From assembly GCA_028534125.1 (NCBI GenBank), contig CM052816.1, forward strand, positions 73,224,001-73,288,000: DNA of 64,000 bases, written 5' to 3'. Source of the DNA: Lama glama. Taxonomy: Eukaryota. Made by a program: the position numbers and the translations under genes. This document shows, one piece after another, positions 1-13,831 of the stretch. Every line of letters starts with the position of its first letter. Positions within the stretch are counted from its first letter, which is position 1. The notes under the pieces are model-generated. The model had not been told where the DNA came from. It was given only the letters and a program-made list of their open reading frames with translations, and searched no databases.

Positions 1-89
1 TATTTGCTAGGAATAGAGGAATGGTGGAGTCATCTTCAACTTTATGAGGGTATTAAATATTTTTCTAAGGAAATTGTTTCTACGTACTA

Positions 90-575
90 GGAATTTATCA
101 TCAGCAACACTTGATATGGTCAGACTTAAAGTTTTGCTCATTTGGTGTGCGTAAAATAATATTTTTTTGTGGTTCTAATTTGCATTTCCCTAACTATTAA
201 TGAATTGGAGCATGTTTTAATGTTTGCTGGTCATTTGTATTTCCTCTGCTATGAAATTCCTCTCCAGGAGTTGTTTCATCTTTTCTTTTTTAATGACCTG
301 CAATGAGCAGTTTTTAGCTTGACTTTTCACTTTCTTTATGATATCATTTGATAAACATAATTTCTTGACTTCAATGTGGTCATATTTATGTTTTGCTCAT
401 TTAAAATCTGGTTTAAGAGACATTTCTCAACCCTGATGTTACAGATACATTATTATATTATCTTCCAAATATGTTATTATTTGTTTGTTCACATTTTAGT
501 CTTTAATTCATCTGGAATTGATTTTTGTGTATGGTGTGAGATAAGGGTTCATGTTCATGTTTTTCCCTGTGACTA
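90..575 (-). mobile_element. Old L1 fragment (ORF2 3' region, antisense)
   Basis: L1 antisense motifs GTGGTTCTAATTTGCATTTCCCTAA...GAGCATGTTTT and CATCTGGAATTGATTTTTGTGTATGGTGTGAG. Confidence 0.8.
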
Positions 576-1299
576 ATAAATCACTTCTTTCTGTACAACA
601 GCAGCTGACACCAATGATGGGGCATGCCTGTAATAACGGCAGTTCTGATTCCCTGAAAATAACCTTTCTGCCTCTAATTTCCTGCATGCAAACTCTTTCT
701 GCTCTAAATATCTAGGCTGAACTCTGACTGTTACAATATTGCTAAGGGCACAGCTAAGTGTAGAATCTTGCTTATGCTGGCAGCAATCTAGATGATTCTA
801 ATTTTTTTTCCAGCAGTAAAGTAGAAAAGACAGCTGGGGGTTGCACAGAAGGGTATGCAAAAAGTCAAGAGGAGAGGGGACATTAAGGTTTATAGATTGA
901 GTGATTAGAATAGTGCACCATGGGGTTAAGGTTGGAGAGGAGGAAGGTCAATGTTTACCTGTGCACACACATGTATGTATACACGGAGGCAACCTGCAAA
1001 TTCTCATGTTTGACTTTTGTACAATATTTGGCAAATATTAATATCCCCCAAATTGCCTCTTGCACAAGGACTTTGAACTTTAATGCATCACAAAAGAGAA
1101 GAGACTTCAAATCTCTAGTTCAAAAGACAGGTGACAAAGATATTTAGAATTCATAGCACTTAGAGATCTACAAGGATCAGTACATTTTGTTCAAAGATTT
1201 AAATTCCTTGGGAAATCTTTCTTTTTGGTTTGCTTTTTTATTATCTTTGGAAAGCCCTACCCAATAAATCCAATAATTTTTCACAACTTCAGGGTATTT

Positions 1300-1810
1300 T
1301 TAATTTAAATAAACTTTGAAAAATTTTAGAATAGTTTTAGATTTACAGAAGAACAGTTTGCAAATATATAGTAGAATTCAGTTTCTATATCATCCTCAAC
1401 CAGTTTCTCCTATTTTTAACACTTTACATTACCATAGGGGATATATCACAATTAAGAAACCAACACTGGTGCATTTCTATCAACTAAAGTCTGCTCTTTA
1501 TTTGGATTTCTCTAGTTTTTCCATAATGCCCTCTTTCTGTTCCAAGATATCACATTACATTTAGTTGTCACGTCTCCTTAGCCTCCCTTGGTCTGCAATA
1601 GCTTCCCAGATCTTCCTTGGCTTCTGATGACTTAGACAGTTTTGAGGTGTAGTAGTCAGTTTTTAGAAACTGTGTCTCAAGTTGGGTTCGTTTGATATTT
1701 TCCTCATGGTTAGATTTGGGTTTTGGGTTATGGGGAATAACACCACAGACTTAAAATACTATTCTCATCAAATCATATCAAGAATGCATGCTATCAATGT
1801 GACATGCTTT
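1300..1810 (-). mobile_element. L1MC-type 3' end fragment
   Basis: TTTTAGAATAGTTTTAGATTTACAGAA ... ATTACATTTAGTTGTCACGTCTCCTTAG ... TTTCCTCATGGTTAGATTTGGG resembles the L1MC 3' UTR. Confidence 0.75.
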
Positions 1811-2819
1811 TGTGATTTTTAAACAACTAATTTAACATTTAAAGATTTGCATAGGGCATAAGAACCGCAGAAATATTTGGAAGTGGAAGGAGAAATTGTA
1901 TATTTTTGCAGTAAAACAAAGGGTCATATTTCTGTATTTTGCATGCATATATACACTATACACAGAAGGATATATTTCTGTACTTCGCATTCACTTACAC
2001 ATGCTTTTTTAAGAGTAAAAACTGACCACAAGATGTCACTGTTAACTTATGTATGGGTAGGAAGGTTGCCTTGAAGAACAGATTTTGCTGAGCACATGTG
2101 GTTAGTATTCATTATTTTAAAAACTTTGACAATAATAAACTCCCCAAAATGTTTCAGTTTTATAAAACCACTAGAATGTTTTGAGTTTGGATGTTAATTT
2201 TTTTTCTTTGAGTTTCGCAAAATATTTTCCCTTGAATTCACACCCAAGTATGTTTATTTGGATATTTAATTTAAAACAATATGGTTTGCTGATGAAGTTG
2301 CGTATTCTATTCTTAAATAGAAAACAAACCCACAAAAATCGCTCTGGCTTTATATTATTCTTTTAGCCAGTAAGAACAGCTTTACTGAACAAATGATCAT
2401 TTCCTCCAGAAAAGATTTAATAGAAGATAAAAAAAGAGCATCATGCAAAATGCTTTATATGAGTAGAACTGGTTTTATCCTCAAACAATAGCTTAGAAAT
2501 GGAAGTATTAAATTTGTATCTCTTACTTTTTTTACTGCATAATTTAAAACATTACTCTGCAGGTAAAATAGAAAAAAATCTATTTTTAATCCACTACTTT
2601 CCAGCATATTGATATCTAAACCTTTCTGGATATAGCAGTTTTGATTTCCAAAGCAGAGCCCATAACTCTGAATTTGTCATGGTTTTGCTGTTTTACTGCT
2701 TTCTCTAATGTCCCTTTCTTTTTCCTCATTTTTCTTCTGCTTCTGACAGTACGTTTCATTTTCCCCCCATTCTTTGTGAATTTATGGCAGCCTCTCCCAC
2801 TGTTGTACAGTAATAATAA

Positions 2820-3220
2820 CTAGAAATTTCTTCCTAGTTGAACCAGGTATCGACTTCTCTGCAGCTTTTACCCATTGGTCCTAGTTCTGTCCTTGGAAAC
2901 CACACCAGGTTAAGCTTTTTTCCTGCTCTTACAAAACAGTCTGTCAGAGACTTTGTGAGTATTGTCATTCAACTCCCCAAGCTTCAATTCCCCTAAGCTC
3001 ATGTAGACTTTGTGACCTTTTTAATATTAGTACTACTTTTAGATACTCATCATCTTGCTATTCTCCTCTGATACTATAGACTTGCAATAGCCCTCCTAAA
3101 ATGTGATGCCCAGAACTGAAATTTGATACATCAGACATAACTGGAGGGGCCAAGACTATATCGGGACCACTGGTTTCCAAAATTATTTTGGTAGCTTAAT
3201 GGCATTACTCACTTTATTAA
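2820..3220 (-). mobile_element. Ancient CR1/L3 LINE remnant
   Basis: CCCATTGGTCCTAGTTCTGTCCTTGGA and AAATGTGATGCCCAGAACTGAA resemble antisense L3/CR1. Confidence 0.6.
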
Positions 3221-3729
3221 TCAACTCGTGGTAAACCCTCTACTAATGAAATCTTGACGCCTAGGTTCCTACTTGTCTGGTGAGTGAGTTGTGTGTGTGT
3301 GTCTCCCATTTACCTCTCCAGTCTTATCCAGAACCATAACCCTTCCAATATCTAGGCTACGGCTGAAAAAGGAGTCTGCCCTTTCTACTTCACATCTTCT
3401 TTTAATAACACAGGCCAAGATGTGTATGTTTGAGATATATATATATATATATGTAAAAATGTATCCAGTAAGTTCTTATTCATGTGGAGTCTGTTCATAT
3501 GATTATCAATAGCACAGAAAAATGGAAAGTCATATTTGCCAGAATGGGTTTCTTGTAATAATACAGCCAAGGTAGGCCAGCTACACTGGACTTGAAATCA
3601 CAAATGTTTGAATTATCATCTAGATTTAAAATCTATAAACTAAATTAACCTATGGTTTCACAAATGCTTTTGAACTGTATCACCTAGTCGTGAATGGCTA
3701 TTTAGAAACAGAAAACAACGGAATAGCCG

Positions 3730-3950
3730 TATAATGAAGTGGCTTAGAAATGTAATAATAAGAAACAGACGGACTGACTTCAAATCTGTGTCTCCCACTT
3801 ACTAGCTATGATCCTCTGGGCATCTCACATATTTGGTTTAATATCAACTCCCATTGTTAGTGTAAGGGTTAATTGGGACAAGATATACAGGCTCTTAGCA
3901 TAGCACCTGGTCCGTAGGTCACATGCAGTAAAATACAGCTATTATGATTA
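3730..3950 (+). mobile_element. MIR SINE
   Basis: TTCAAATCTGTGTCTCCCACTTACTAGCTATGA core and CTTAGCATAGCACCTGG...AGCTATTATGATTA tail. Confidence 0.7.
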
Positions 3951-6900
3951 ATAGCAAACAGTTCTCAAATTAGTGTGTACTTTCTGTGTACATAGAATTG
4001 ACAGATATTTAAAGAAACATGTTGATGGATTTACAGTGATACAAGAATACCTGGCCCCTTCTGTGATCCACAGACAGTGCTGTCTGAAAAAGCTGTCAAG
4101 AATTAGAGAATTGGCTTCAAGCGATGGAACAGAACTATCCCACACAGAATTAATTGCTAACAGAAGCTTGATCAGCAAGCTAACAAGTTGATCTTCTTCC
4201 TCCTGTCTTTAGCATGCCTGTGATAATGTTCAGCTCTGGCTTGGTTGACCAGAAAACTAGTCTGCATAGGATTTGGAGGGAGACAGCAGTTAAATCACCT
4301 TTGTTTCTCTCCTCACTACCTTTTGAAACTAAATTCTGGGTTTTCTTCTTAACTTGGGGGATCTCCAAAAACTGACACTTGCTGGAAGAAAATACAGACC
4401 TCCATATAATATACCATACTTTATTCCCTCAGTATTTTAGAAATAGTTATGTTGAAATCAGGGTCTCTGCATTTGTTCCTTTAAGTGAGGACAGTTTGCG
4501 GGACTTCAAAAGGCTTTCACCATGACCTCATTTCCATCCCCTGGGTGCATTTAAGTAACCAGTTCGGCAAGAAGTCAGATGACACGTTTCTCAATACTGT
4601 GTTAAAAACTAGATTTTCAGACTTTTCTCCCATGTCCAATATCCACAGTTATCATTCTTTCCACAAAAGTCATCATCTGGACTCAGGTCTTAGAATATTT
4701 TGCCCCAACACAATTTGGCTATAGCACAATGATGATTTTCTCTTCATTGATAATTTAATGACTTGTTCCTTCGGATCTCTATCAAAATGATGATACTAAA
4801 ATTATGTCATCATTGCTACATAGACGTACTATTATGAATTATATGTATTTCAAGTTATCAGGAAAGCAGATTGAGCCATATTCACTCACAAGCTCTACGA
4901 CACTACCAACCTTAAATTAAGCAACTTCAGAAAATTTATGGATTCTTTCAGCAGCTTACTAAATAAGCTCTATATTTACAAGTATATTGTCAGATTGCTC
5001 ATTCAGATATTCAGACTAGTGTCCTTCTTTAGAGATCTACAAGATCTACCTAGTTTTCTCTGCTTTTCTTTTGATCTTACTTTTTAAAAAATTAAAAACT
5101 TTGTTTCATTGTATATAAAGCCAGAACTTTTTTTGTATAGCTAATTTGCACCTCAAAAATATGTTCTATTTTAGGGAATCTCAAACCTGGATTCATAATC
5201 CCATTCTCTGGTCTGTGAGAACAGTTTTTCCCTTTGAATTTTTCCCTGTAGTGATGTGTGCATTAGCTTGTGAAATAATACTTAGAGTGCATTTATAAGA
5301 AACAAGAACCATCTTTTTAAGTTATCTGTAAATTAATTTCAATGATATTGATTTTATCTGAAGGACACATTACTCTTGATTTTTCTGATTCATAAGACAA
5401 CACAAATTACTGTAAACCCCTGCTCTCTGGCCTTTTTCCTCAGAGGATAGTTAAGGTCAACGATGATGCATGTTCCAGGACATTGTCAGGAAGGGGAGTA
5501 AAAGGTCCTCGAAAACTGTCCGCTTCACTTGTCTTTCCATATCTTGAAGATGTGGGGGGGAGCTCTCAGCTAGTGCAACTGCTGGCTCTGACTCTAGATA
5601 TCTTCTCCCAGGAGCTCAGCAAAATCTGGGCACCGGGACAGGATCTCTGTGGGGGTTGGTGGAAGTTCACCACCCAACAATGTACTCATAGATCATAAAT
5701 GTTCCAGGAAAATATCACAGAGCACCCAGCCATCGACTAAATGGCCCCAGACTCTAAGTCAGTCCTCGTTGACATAAATGAGATAATATGGGTTCTAAAA
5801 CAAGATGCTTCTGCAATGCAATGAATAACTAAACAATTTATAGTATGATGTTAACTTAGTTCCTAAACTTGGTCAACAAATACCAGGAGTGACGTGCTGA
5901 CTTAGAACTGAGAGACAGATCCAGTTTTATTTCATGTTTATTCTATAGAAGATGGCTAAACAAAAGAACCACACACTTAGACATAAGAATATGAAATGGG
6001 TATTTATATCACAATTTAATTATAAATGAGATTAACTTCCTCATGGCAAATGCTTCTACGTTACAAAAATGACATGATTTTCTAAAGAAAAGCATATTTT
6101 ACCTCCCACTGAGCAGATTCCCTCAGACTTTGCTTATTCATGCGCCATGGACGTCAGTGGAGGAATCTGGCAGAGGGGCTCTATTCATGATTTTGGATTA
6201 GGAAATTTCCTTGAAATTGCTATTGGAGCTGGGAATGTAATTTTCAGCTAATTTCTTGAGTGTAGATGACCCCCTGGATTTGTCACGCCTAATAGTTTTA
6301 ATTGGCAATTCTAGATAATTTCCACAGATTATCATCAGTAACTGTGGATGAAAACTGTTACCTAAAGCCATGTATTACTGACACTGACTTTGGCAAGGTA
6401 GAATGGACTGGCCAAGAATCTGTTATTTCTTTGTCAAAACTTAAGCAGTGAACTGTGACAATGCCAGCAGCTGCCCACTGACCTTGTCTTTGTTAACGGC
6501 CCTCAGTGATCACGTAGACAAATGGAGTTTCAGTCCCTTCCCCATCCCAGTCCCTCTGCCACATACTCACCTTTCACCAGCACTTAATTCTCTATCAAAA
6601 TATTTTTCCAGGATGCGAAAAGAACCAACTTCCAGGCAAGAGAGAAAAAGAGAATGAGTGATTCTAGTTAATGACTTCCAGATAAGAATTTGCTTATTTT
6701 CCTAATGGCCTACTGAGTCTCACTAAGCTATCACGTCTCAGACAGAATAGATAACTTTAATGGGACAGCTGTCTAAGGAGCTCAGGACATAGCCACAGCA
6801 CCTTCATCTACATAAAATATTTTTTAAAATAAATAAACAGATGGAAGCTGCAAACAAGTTGGAATCTAAGAATAACATAACTAAGTCTTTAGGGAAAATA

Positions 6901-8974
6901 TTTTCACAACATGTGAAATCAATAAAAGTAAAACCTGTAAAGACCAAATGAGTACTTTTTTTTTTTTTTTGGTCTACCATGAGATGGTACTTAAGAGATA
7001 GTGTGGACAAAGAGGTGAATGTAATGAAAACATATTTTTCACTCTATAATAGACGATTGAGAATTCCAGTCTAGGGTTGCTTCATTCAGACTTCCCTCTG
7101 CTGTTTTTCTGCCATAATTATCTGAGATACATCTCCCAGAATAGCCACTAATCTGAAACCCCTGCTAAACAAAATGTAAACGCTAAAAAAAAAAACTAGT
7201 AATGATGGTCTTCAGTTCACTACAGAGTTCTAACCACATCAAACATAAATGAGTAGGTGGTTTGCCGAATACTGTCAAATAACAGAAAACAATCTGTTGC
7301 TGAAAATAACATAGAGTGGTGGAAAAAGAGATCCCCAAAGTATTTCATCCTCATAACAATAAATGAAATAAAGTAAAATATTAATTAAAAATATAGTAGC
7401 AAGCAGAGCTATCATCTAAGGCAAACATTTCAGTATGTTTTATTATAATTAACAGTTGTAAAGAGGAAAAAGCAAAAAATTGGGAGGAATTGTAGTTAGC
7501 ACTTTCAGAACTACTCTAGCGTAGAGGGTATGTTTCCTGCCTCCAGGAAAACATTTACTTTTTGCTGTTTTTATCAATCTAGCAATGATACCCAGGGAGA
7601 AAAAAAAGTCTTACATTAAAGAGGTGTTTGGTTTAGTGTTTATAAAGTGGTTTTGCTGTTTACAAATAAAAAAAGTAAAGTAAAAAGTATTATTATAGCA
7701 TTTGTGGCATTTAAACCTATAATTAAGGTGACCGAATATTTTCCATAACCTCTCTTATATTCAGTCCTTTACAAATTTTTTGCAAGTTCATAATTTGAAG
7801 CTAAAACTTTCCATGTTCTATGTATCAGTAAATATGTATTGCCTGGAATCACTTAAAAATTATTCAAACAAGTTTGAATATTGGTAATTTGTCTTTTCTT
7901 GGATAATTTGAAAGTCACTGATGTTTCTACATAAAGCAAAAGGAATGCTATATTTCATTTTGGATTAGACCTTAAAATCAAATGTAGCATGCAGGGAATC
8001 AAAGGGAGCTTATATAAAGTTGGAAAGTAATAGTTTAATTATAATAATGACATTGATAGATTAAAACCAGGATCTAAACATTTCTGTTGCAAATTTTACT
8101 TTGGAAATGCATTTTTGATACTTGGATAACTGCCTCTTTTCTCATTTGTTACCTAACCAACTGGTTGTTCGAATGCTGTACAGAAAGCTTGGAATATAAT
8201 ACTTAATTTTATATTTTGAAAAAGACTATTTCTGCAAGCAGTGTAGATTCCAAAGTTTTCCATTATATTATACATTTTTCATTATTTAAGAGAGATAAAA
8301 ATTACATAGACTTTTGAGATGAATTACAATCTCATATGTTGTAACAAAAATTCAATCATAGAGTGTAGTATTTTAATTTTTGCTCTTCAACTCTTAGCCA
8401 ATGAATATTATGAGACAAGGGATACAGGATGAGAGTGGTGAGGAGGAAGATGAAATCTCAATAATCTTTTCAGTTTTACACATTATGTATACATTTCTTT
8501 TATGTTTGTTTAAAATCTAGTAACCAGAAAGTGCAATTGGCAAGGCTGTTCCTCTACATTATAAATGGAAGATAACAAGGCAATGTAGATTTTTTTTTAA
8601 CCTATAACACTCAGAGGTTTGGTAAAGATACTGGCATATTTTGCACACTTAAAGTGAAGGCACAGTTCATTCATCTTACATTTTTTGAGAATATTCTGTA
8701 TCCTACTGGATCAGGCAAAAGTGATGCCAAAAAAATGAGGCACAAATAGAAGTTGTCTCAAGGAACTGAGGAGAACAGAAAGTAATTTTAATACATGGTG
8801 ATGAAGGTTACCTTGATCGTAAATTTTCAGGGTTTCGGAATTGTTGGGGAAGAAATTATAACACTCTAACAGTAGGCAAGGCTAGTTTAGAGGATGGTAA
8901 GCTATCTCAAGCTTTTTCATCTACATTAACTCTGCCTTTCAGCCAGTCCCCAAATGCTCTGGAATTCAATGAGA

Positions 8975-9142
8975 TCTCATTTCTCACAGTGGGGATCATG
9001 GACTGGCAACATTGGCATTAACCTGGAAGCTTATTCCTATACAGAATTTGGGGGCTCCAATCCAGATCTACTAAATAAGAATCTGCATTTTTAAGAGATT
9101 GCTAGGTAACTTACATGCATATTAAAATTTGAGAAGCATTAT
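8975..9142. mobile_element. MER5A-like hAT MITE
   Basis: CCAGATCTACTAAATAAGAATCTGCATTTTTAAGAGAT...TTAAAATTTGAGAAGCATT. Confidence 0.75.
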
Positions 9143-9199
9143 CCTAGATTCTGTCTTCTTAATAATTTTCAAACCCAGCTGAAAGCAGAAGTTTGTATT

Positions 9200-9825
9200 T
9201 CTCTTTATGTTTGAACATTGGGAAGACACCATCTCAAAGAGCACCTCCAGCATGCAAGGTATTTAATCAGAGAGAATGGGCCCAAGATAACCCTTGACTC
9301 TGGTTCCTCAGGGTGTGCATGTAAATGGAATTGGTCCACAAGCTCCTGTTTGCCATTGTAAAGTGTTAATAAGAGGCCTGTAGATCTGAAGACACATGTA
9401 ACTGGGTCTGGAAAAGTATTTAGTCTCCTTTTGACCGGGGACTGTGGCATGACTATGAGCCATAGCAACTGATGCTCTGGACAGAGGGGAGTAGGTATAT
9501 CAACAGGGGAGACCAGAAAGAATGGAGAGAGCAGCTCATGAAACAGAGACCCCTCGTATTCCACTCTTATAAGTTTTTTTTTTAATGTTCAGGTGTCCAC
9601 CAAATACAGGTGAAAACGAAGGGTGATGTGGGAATAGGAGAAATAGTGTAGGTGGAGAGCCTTAGATTTGCCCAGCTAACCTGAAAGAGACTAGTTCTAA
9701 ACTGTAAGAAACTGAATTGCTTTGCAGGACTTAGTTTGTAAGGTTTTTTCTCCTCTATTAGCAAATTTGGGGTTTAAAGCAAAATTAATTATTTTATGGA
9801 AAATAAAATTGCACTTCAATAGATC
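9200..9825 (+). mobile_element. Very old LTR remnant (LTR78/MamGypLTR-like)
   Basis: 3' part AAATTTGGGGTTTAAAGC...TTATGGAAAATAAAATTGC resembles the end of ancient LTR families; weak recollection only. Confidence 0.3.
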
Positions 9826-10057
9826 TGATCGATAATATTAAACATTTAAACCACAATATAAACATGAGATATATTTGCTTAGAATCCTTTAGTAGCTTCT
9901 TATGGTCACTAAATTATAAATTGGTGCATATCATTTTATATGGCTTTTACCTCCTCTCCAGCATCATTTCCTAAAACCAGCAATGGAGACTGAAAAAAAA
10001 AGTTAAAGAAATACAGGAAGATTTCTGTGCAAGGTCTAAACCAGTGGATCTGCATTG

Positions 10058-10100
10058 GTGTGTGCGTGTGTGTGTGTCTGTGTCTGTCTGTCTGACTGTG
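10058..10100. repeat. Compound (TG)n/(TCTG)n microsatellite
   Basis: Directly visible. Confidence 0.9.
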
Positions 10101-10129
10101 AAATATATATGACGTTATTCATTTATGAG

Positions 10130-10710
10130 TTAATTCTGACCAAAATAATATTGCATTAAAAACCATCCCCAAACTGTATGGGAGTGAAAATAGAAGGCTC
10201 AGTGTACACTTTACATCAGAATCATGCCACAATTTGTTAAAAATTCAAATTATTGAAACAAAATTGGCTTGAAAGATTGAATCATTCATTCCACTATCTG
10301 CACATTGGTGGAAGGTTGTCTGAGCTGGGCTTGTTTGGATGGATCTGCTGGTCAGAACTGGACTCAGTCATGCTTCTGAAGCCAGCTAGGTTCAGCTCGG
10401 GGTGGTTCTGCCCCACATGTTTGACAGCCTCTTCATGGGACCAGCAGGCTGAGTGTGTCCTCACTGTGCTGGCCCAAGTTCTAAAGCAAAGAGACAATTA
10501 TGCTACAGGTTTATGGACTTCTCTTTATGTCATATTTGCTAATACCCCACTGACCAAAGACAGTCACATAGAAAAACCCCAAGTCAAGGGGTGAGGTCCA
10601 CTCCACCAACTATAGGAAAGCAGTGAAAGTTACATGCCAAAGAGTACGGATTTATAATTTAATTATTGTGGATGTAGTAAAGAATGGAAAAGTAATCCAT
10701 TCCACTATAA
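10130..10710 (-). mobile_element. MaLR LTR (MLT1 family)
   Basis: CTGAGCTGGGCTTG...GCTAATACCCCACTGACCAAAGACAGTCACATAG...CAAGTCAAGGGGTG typical of antisense MLT1. Confidence 0.7.
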
Positions 10711-10965
10711 ATCTCCTTTTGAAAATAGCTGACATGCCACCATAAAGAAGGTCTTGCAGTTAGTAACAATTAGAGGTGCCACATCTGGCCCAGTGGTGGT
10801 GAACTTCTCCACAATATAACTCCATAATCAAGTCCTTTTTAGATTTTCTATCTTTTAGAACAACTTATTTACAATAGCAGAACTGATTGCCAGCAGAACT
10901 GATTGCCAAATTATGTTTTATAATTTACACTCCCACAAATTTGATTGTATCCCTTTCACATTCTA

Positions 10966-11202
10966 CAGAGAGTCAACCAACTACAACGCACAGGCCAAAT
11001 CCGGCCAGCCATCTGATTTTGTAAATAAAGTTTTATTGTAACACAGCCACTCTCATTTGCTCACTTATTGTCTATGGCTGTTTTCATGCTATAATAGCAG
11101 AGTTGAGTAGTTGTGACAGAGATCACATTGCTTGCTGAAATATTTACTGAAAAGCTGAAAATATTTACTATCTCACCCTTTACAGAAACCTAAAAATCCT
11201 GC
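10966..11202 (+). mobile_element. MER58A hAT MITE
   Basis: GGCCAAATCCGGCC...TTTTGTAAATAAAGTTTTATTGTAACACAGCCAC...GCAGAGTTGAGTAGTTGTGACAGAGA...CCCTTTACAGAAA. Confidence 0.9.
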
Positions 11203-11429
11203 TTATCGTATTTAAGGCACATGCAACAATGAATTCCTCTTAGATGTCACCAAAAATCTATCTGCCTTCAAAAAGAAGAAAGTGTTAATAACTAACTGAA
11301 CCAGGATCTGAATGCACATCTGGCTGACCCTAAAGCCAACGCCCTTGCCGATATTTCACACTGTTTCCACAGTATTTGCATTGTTTTGAAGAGTGCTGCT
11401 TATTCTGATAAGGGAGAGAAAATTGATAG

Positions 11430-11545
11430 ACCAGTGTCTCAGAATCACGTGAAAAACTTGTTAAACATCCAAACTATTGAAACAAAATCTCTATGCTTAG
11501 GGCGTGGAAATCTGAATTTTAACAAATGTCATAGGTGATCCTTTT
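11430..11545. mobile_element. MER5-like MITE fragment
   Basis: CAGAATCAC...CTTGTTAAA...GGAAATCTGAATTTTAACAA...AGGTGATCC. Confidence 0.5.
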
Positions 11546-12330
11546 TCACACTAAGAACAAAGAACAAAGAACAAAGGTGTTAGTGAGGGAAGCACTTGTG
11601 ATTGACATTGGTCTTGAGTTGATGGATTTGAGGAGAGGTGAAAAGCTTGGTGTCACTATGGTCTTCAAGGAGCCAGGCTGAATGGGTCTGGGAAGAAGAT
11701 TGGGCAACCTCACACCTGACCCAGTTCTTCGCAGTCCTTCAAGGTGCAAGAGAGGACAACAAGCGTTCCTGGTGCTACATGTAAAGGAGTGTGAGGGTTA
11801 GCAGGGGCCAAGAGCTCCATCGCTGCTCAGGAGGTTGTAGAGGCCAAGTGAATAGATGTCCATACTAGACAAATACTGGTGATTTTGTATCTTTGACTTG
11901 TCAAAGGGAGTCAGGGCTATCCTTGGAAGAAAAAAAACGGAGTCTGGGGGCAAGGTGTGGAAAATATGCCCATGTATCTATCTTCAAACATCACGTCAAT
12001 AGAAAATACGAGGAAAGAAGAGAATAATCAACACCAAAGTGAAGCCAGAGGCATCTCTCCTTCACTGATACCTAGGTCCCGTATTCCTTCACCTGCCCCC
12101 CACCCTAAAATGGGGAGTAAGTACACAGAAAAGGAGGAAGATGAGTTTTCTTTAAGCCAGAACCCGTCACCTTACTCCAAGAGTGGCGGAGGCAAGATTT
12201 AGCCTGTGGTGCAACAGGGGAGGAGAAAAATCCTTGAACCGAGTTGACATTAAATGTTTCAATGAAAAGGAATATATCCAGTACTGAAACAAACAAACAT
12301 AAATCTCTGCTAATAACTGGAAATAATTTC

Positions 12331-12780
12331 TGAGAGACGATTCCCCACGGGCCTCTTGTGTTTCTTTACTTCTTGTAAGCAGGGGCACCAACCAACTGCC
12401 TTTGTTCTGATCTTTTCAAGGACAACTGTATAATGAATAGCCTTGGAAGACAGACAGTGTGTCTTCTTCTGAGCAAAAGGCCATCACAATATAATTAATG
12501 TCTCTCTCCAGAGCACCAGCAAGCAGGTTTACTGCCCATGATAAAAGATTTGGGTTCCATTAGCTTGGAGTTCTTTTCTTGTAACACAATCTGCTGTATG
12601 TGTGGGTGTAAATGACTCTCTGTCAACTTGTGAGAATCAAGCTGTGTGCACCCAGCACAAAAATGGAAACCCTCTGGCCACTACCATCGTTGAGAGTAAT
12701 AATCTACCTTTTAGCTGTAATCCAGGAGTCTTCTGCCTTCTACCAGCATCAATGAAACTGTGGCAGGCTAATTTGCCTCC
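12331..12780 (+). mobile_element. ERVL-class LTR (MER76/MER54-like)
   Basis: Starts TGAGAGACGATTCCCCACGGGCCTCTTG; CTTTTCAAGGA...AGCCTTGGAAGA and CCAGGAGTCTTCTG...CAGCATCAATGAAACTGTGGCAGGCTAA motifs; family assignment uncertain. Confidence 0.6.
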
Positions 12781-13015
12781 TATTTTTCAGTTCTTGATAA
12801 GGAACACGTCAGAATGTATATCAGGGAATGTGGAGAAAAGGACACCTTTATGCACTGATGACAGAAATGTAAATTGGTGCAGACCTCATGGAAAATGGTA
12901 CAGATATTCCTCAAAAAGTTTTAAAAAGGAATATTATTATATACAACTATTATATATGATCTAGCAATTCCACTTCTGGGTATGTATTTGAAGGAAACAA
13001 AAATATGAACTCAAA

Positions 13016-13042
<27 letters not shown>
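13016..13042. repeat. (CA)n microsatellite
   Basis: Directly visible, inside L1. Confidence 0.95.
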
Positions 13043-13047
<5 letters not shown>

Positions 13048-13518
13048 ACATGCACCCTCTTGCTCACTGTAGCACTATTCACAATAGCCAAGACAGGAAA
13101 ACAACTAAGTTCCACTAACAAATGAAAGGATAAAGAAGATGTGGCATATATACACAATGCAGTATCATTCAGTCATAAAAAACAAGGAAATCCTGCTGTT
13201 TGTGACAACACGGATGGACCTTGAGGGCATTATGCTAAGTGAAATAAGTTAGGCAGAGACTACAAATACCATATGATCTCACTTATATGTGAAATTTAAA
13301 ACAAACCAAGAAACAAACAAAAAAATGAACTCATAGATACAGAGAACAGATTTGTGGTTGCCAGAGGCAGGAGTGAGGGCTGGGGGAAATGGGTAAAGGT
13401 GATCAAAGTAACTTCCAGTTACAAAATAAGTAAGTCCTGGGAGTGTCATGTACAGTATGGTGACTACAGTGAGTGATACTGTATTGTATATTGAAAACTT
13501 GCTAAAAGGGTAAATCTT

Positions 13519-13649
13519 TTTTGGGGGGTGAAGTGGGGTGGGGGAGGGAAATAGGTTTATTTATTTATTATAGCAGAGGTACTGGGGATTGAACCCCAAA
13601 CCTCATGCACGTTAAGCATGCACTCTACTACTGAGCTATACCCTCCCCA
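13519..13649 (-). mobile_element. Camelid-type tRNA-derived SINE (Vic-1-like)
   Basis: Minus strand reads GGGGAGGGTATAGCTCAGTAGTAGAG (A box)...GGGGTTCAATCCCCAGTACC (B box) then an (AAAT)n tail; 17-bp TSD with 2 mismatches at 13502-13518 and 13650-13666. Confidence 0.9.
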
Positions 13650-13831
13650 CTAAGAGAGTAAATCTTACAAGTTCTCGTCACAAGAGAAAAAATTGCAACT
13701 ATGTGTGGTGATGGTTGTTAACGAGACTTACTGTGGTGATCATTTCACAATATATACAAATATCAAATCATGTACACCTGAAATTAATATAAACATGTAA
13801 GTCAATTTTATTTCAATTAAAAAGAGGTAAT

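Larger units (their letters stand above)
12822..13823 (+). mobile_element. L1 3' end (L1MA-like), interrupted by a SINE
   Basis: ATGATCTAGCAATTCCACTTCTGGGTAT, GGATGGACCTTGAGGGCATTATGCTAAGTGAAATAAG, GTACACCTGAAATTAATATA...TCAATTAAAAA. Confidence 0.95.

Noticed and set aside
4727..4816. ATGATGA boxes and a 10-bp hairpin suggesting a C/D snoRNA or miRNA
   Set aside because: No properly placed terminal CTGA D box, and the stem is too short and AT-rich for a pre-miRNA
1160..5043. Identical 15-mer TTAGAGATCTACAAG at 1160-1174 and 5029-5043 as a possible TSD
   Set aside because: Enclosed sequence is a mix of old elements with no poly-A or termini; such matches are expected by chance in 64 kb of AT-rich DNA
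11600..12320. Purine-rich block with short ORFs (similar block at 15690-16075)
   Set aside because: Probably very old LTR remnants; I cannot assign a family or support coding
13570..13649. tRNA-like A and B boxes (also about 20385-20463)
   Set aside because: SINE heads with tails and TSDs, not tRNA genes
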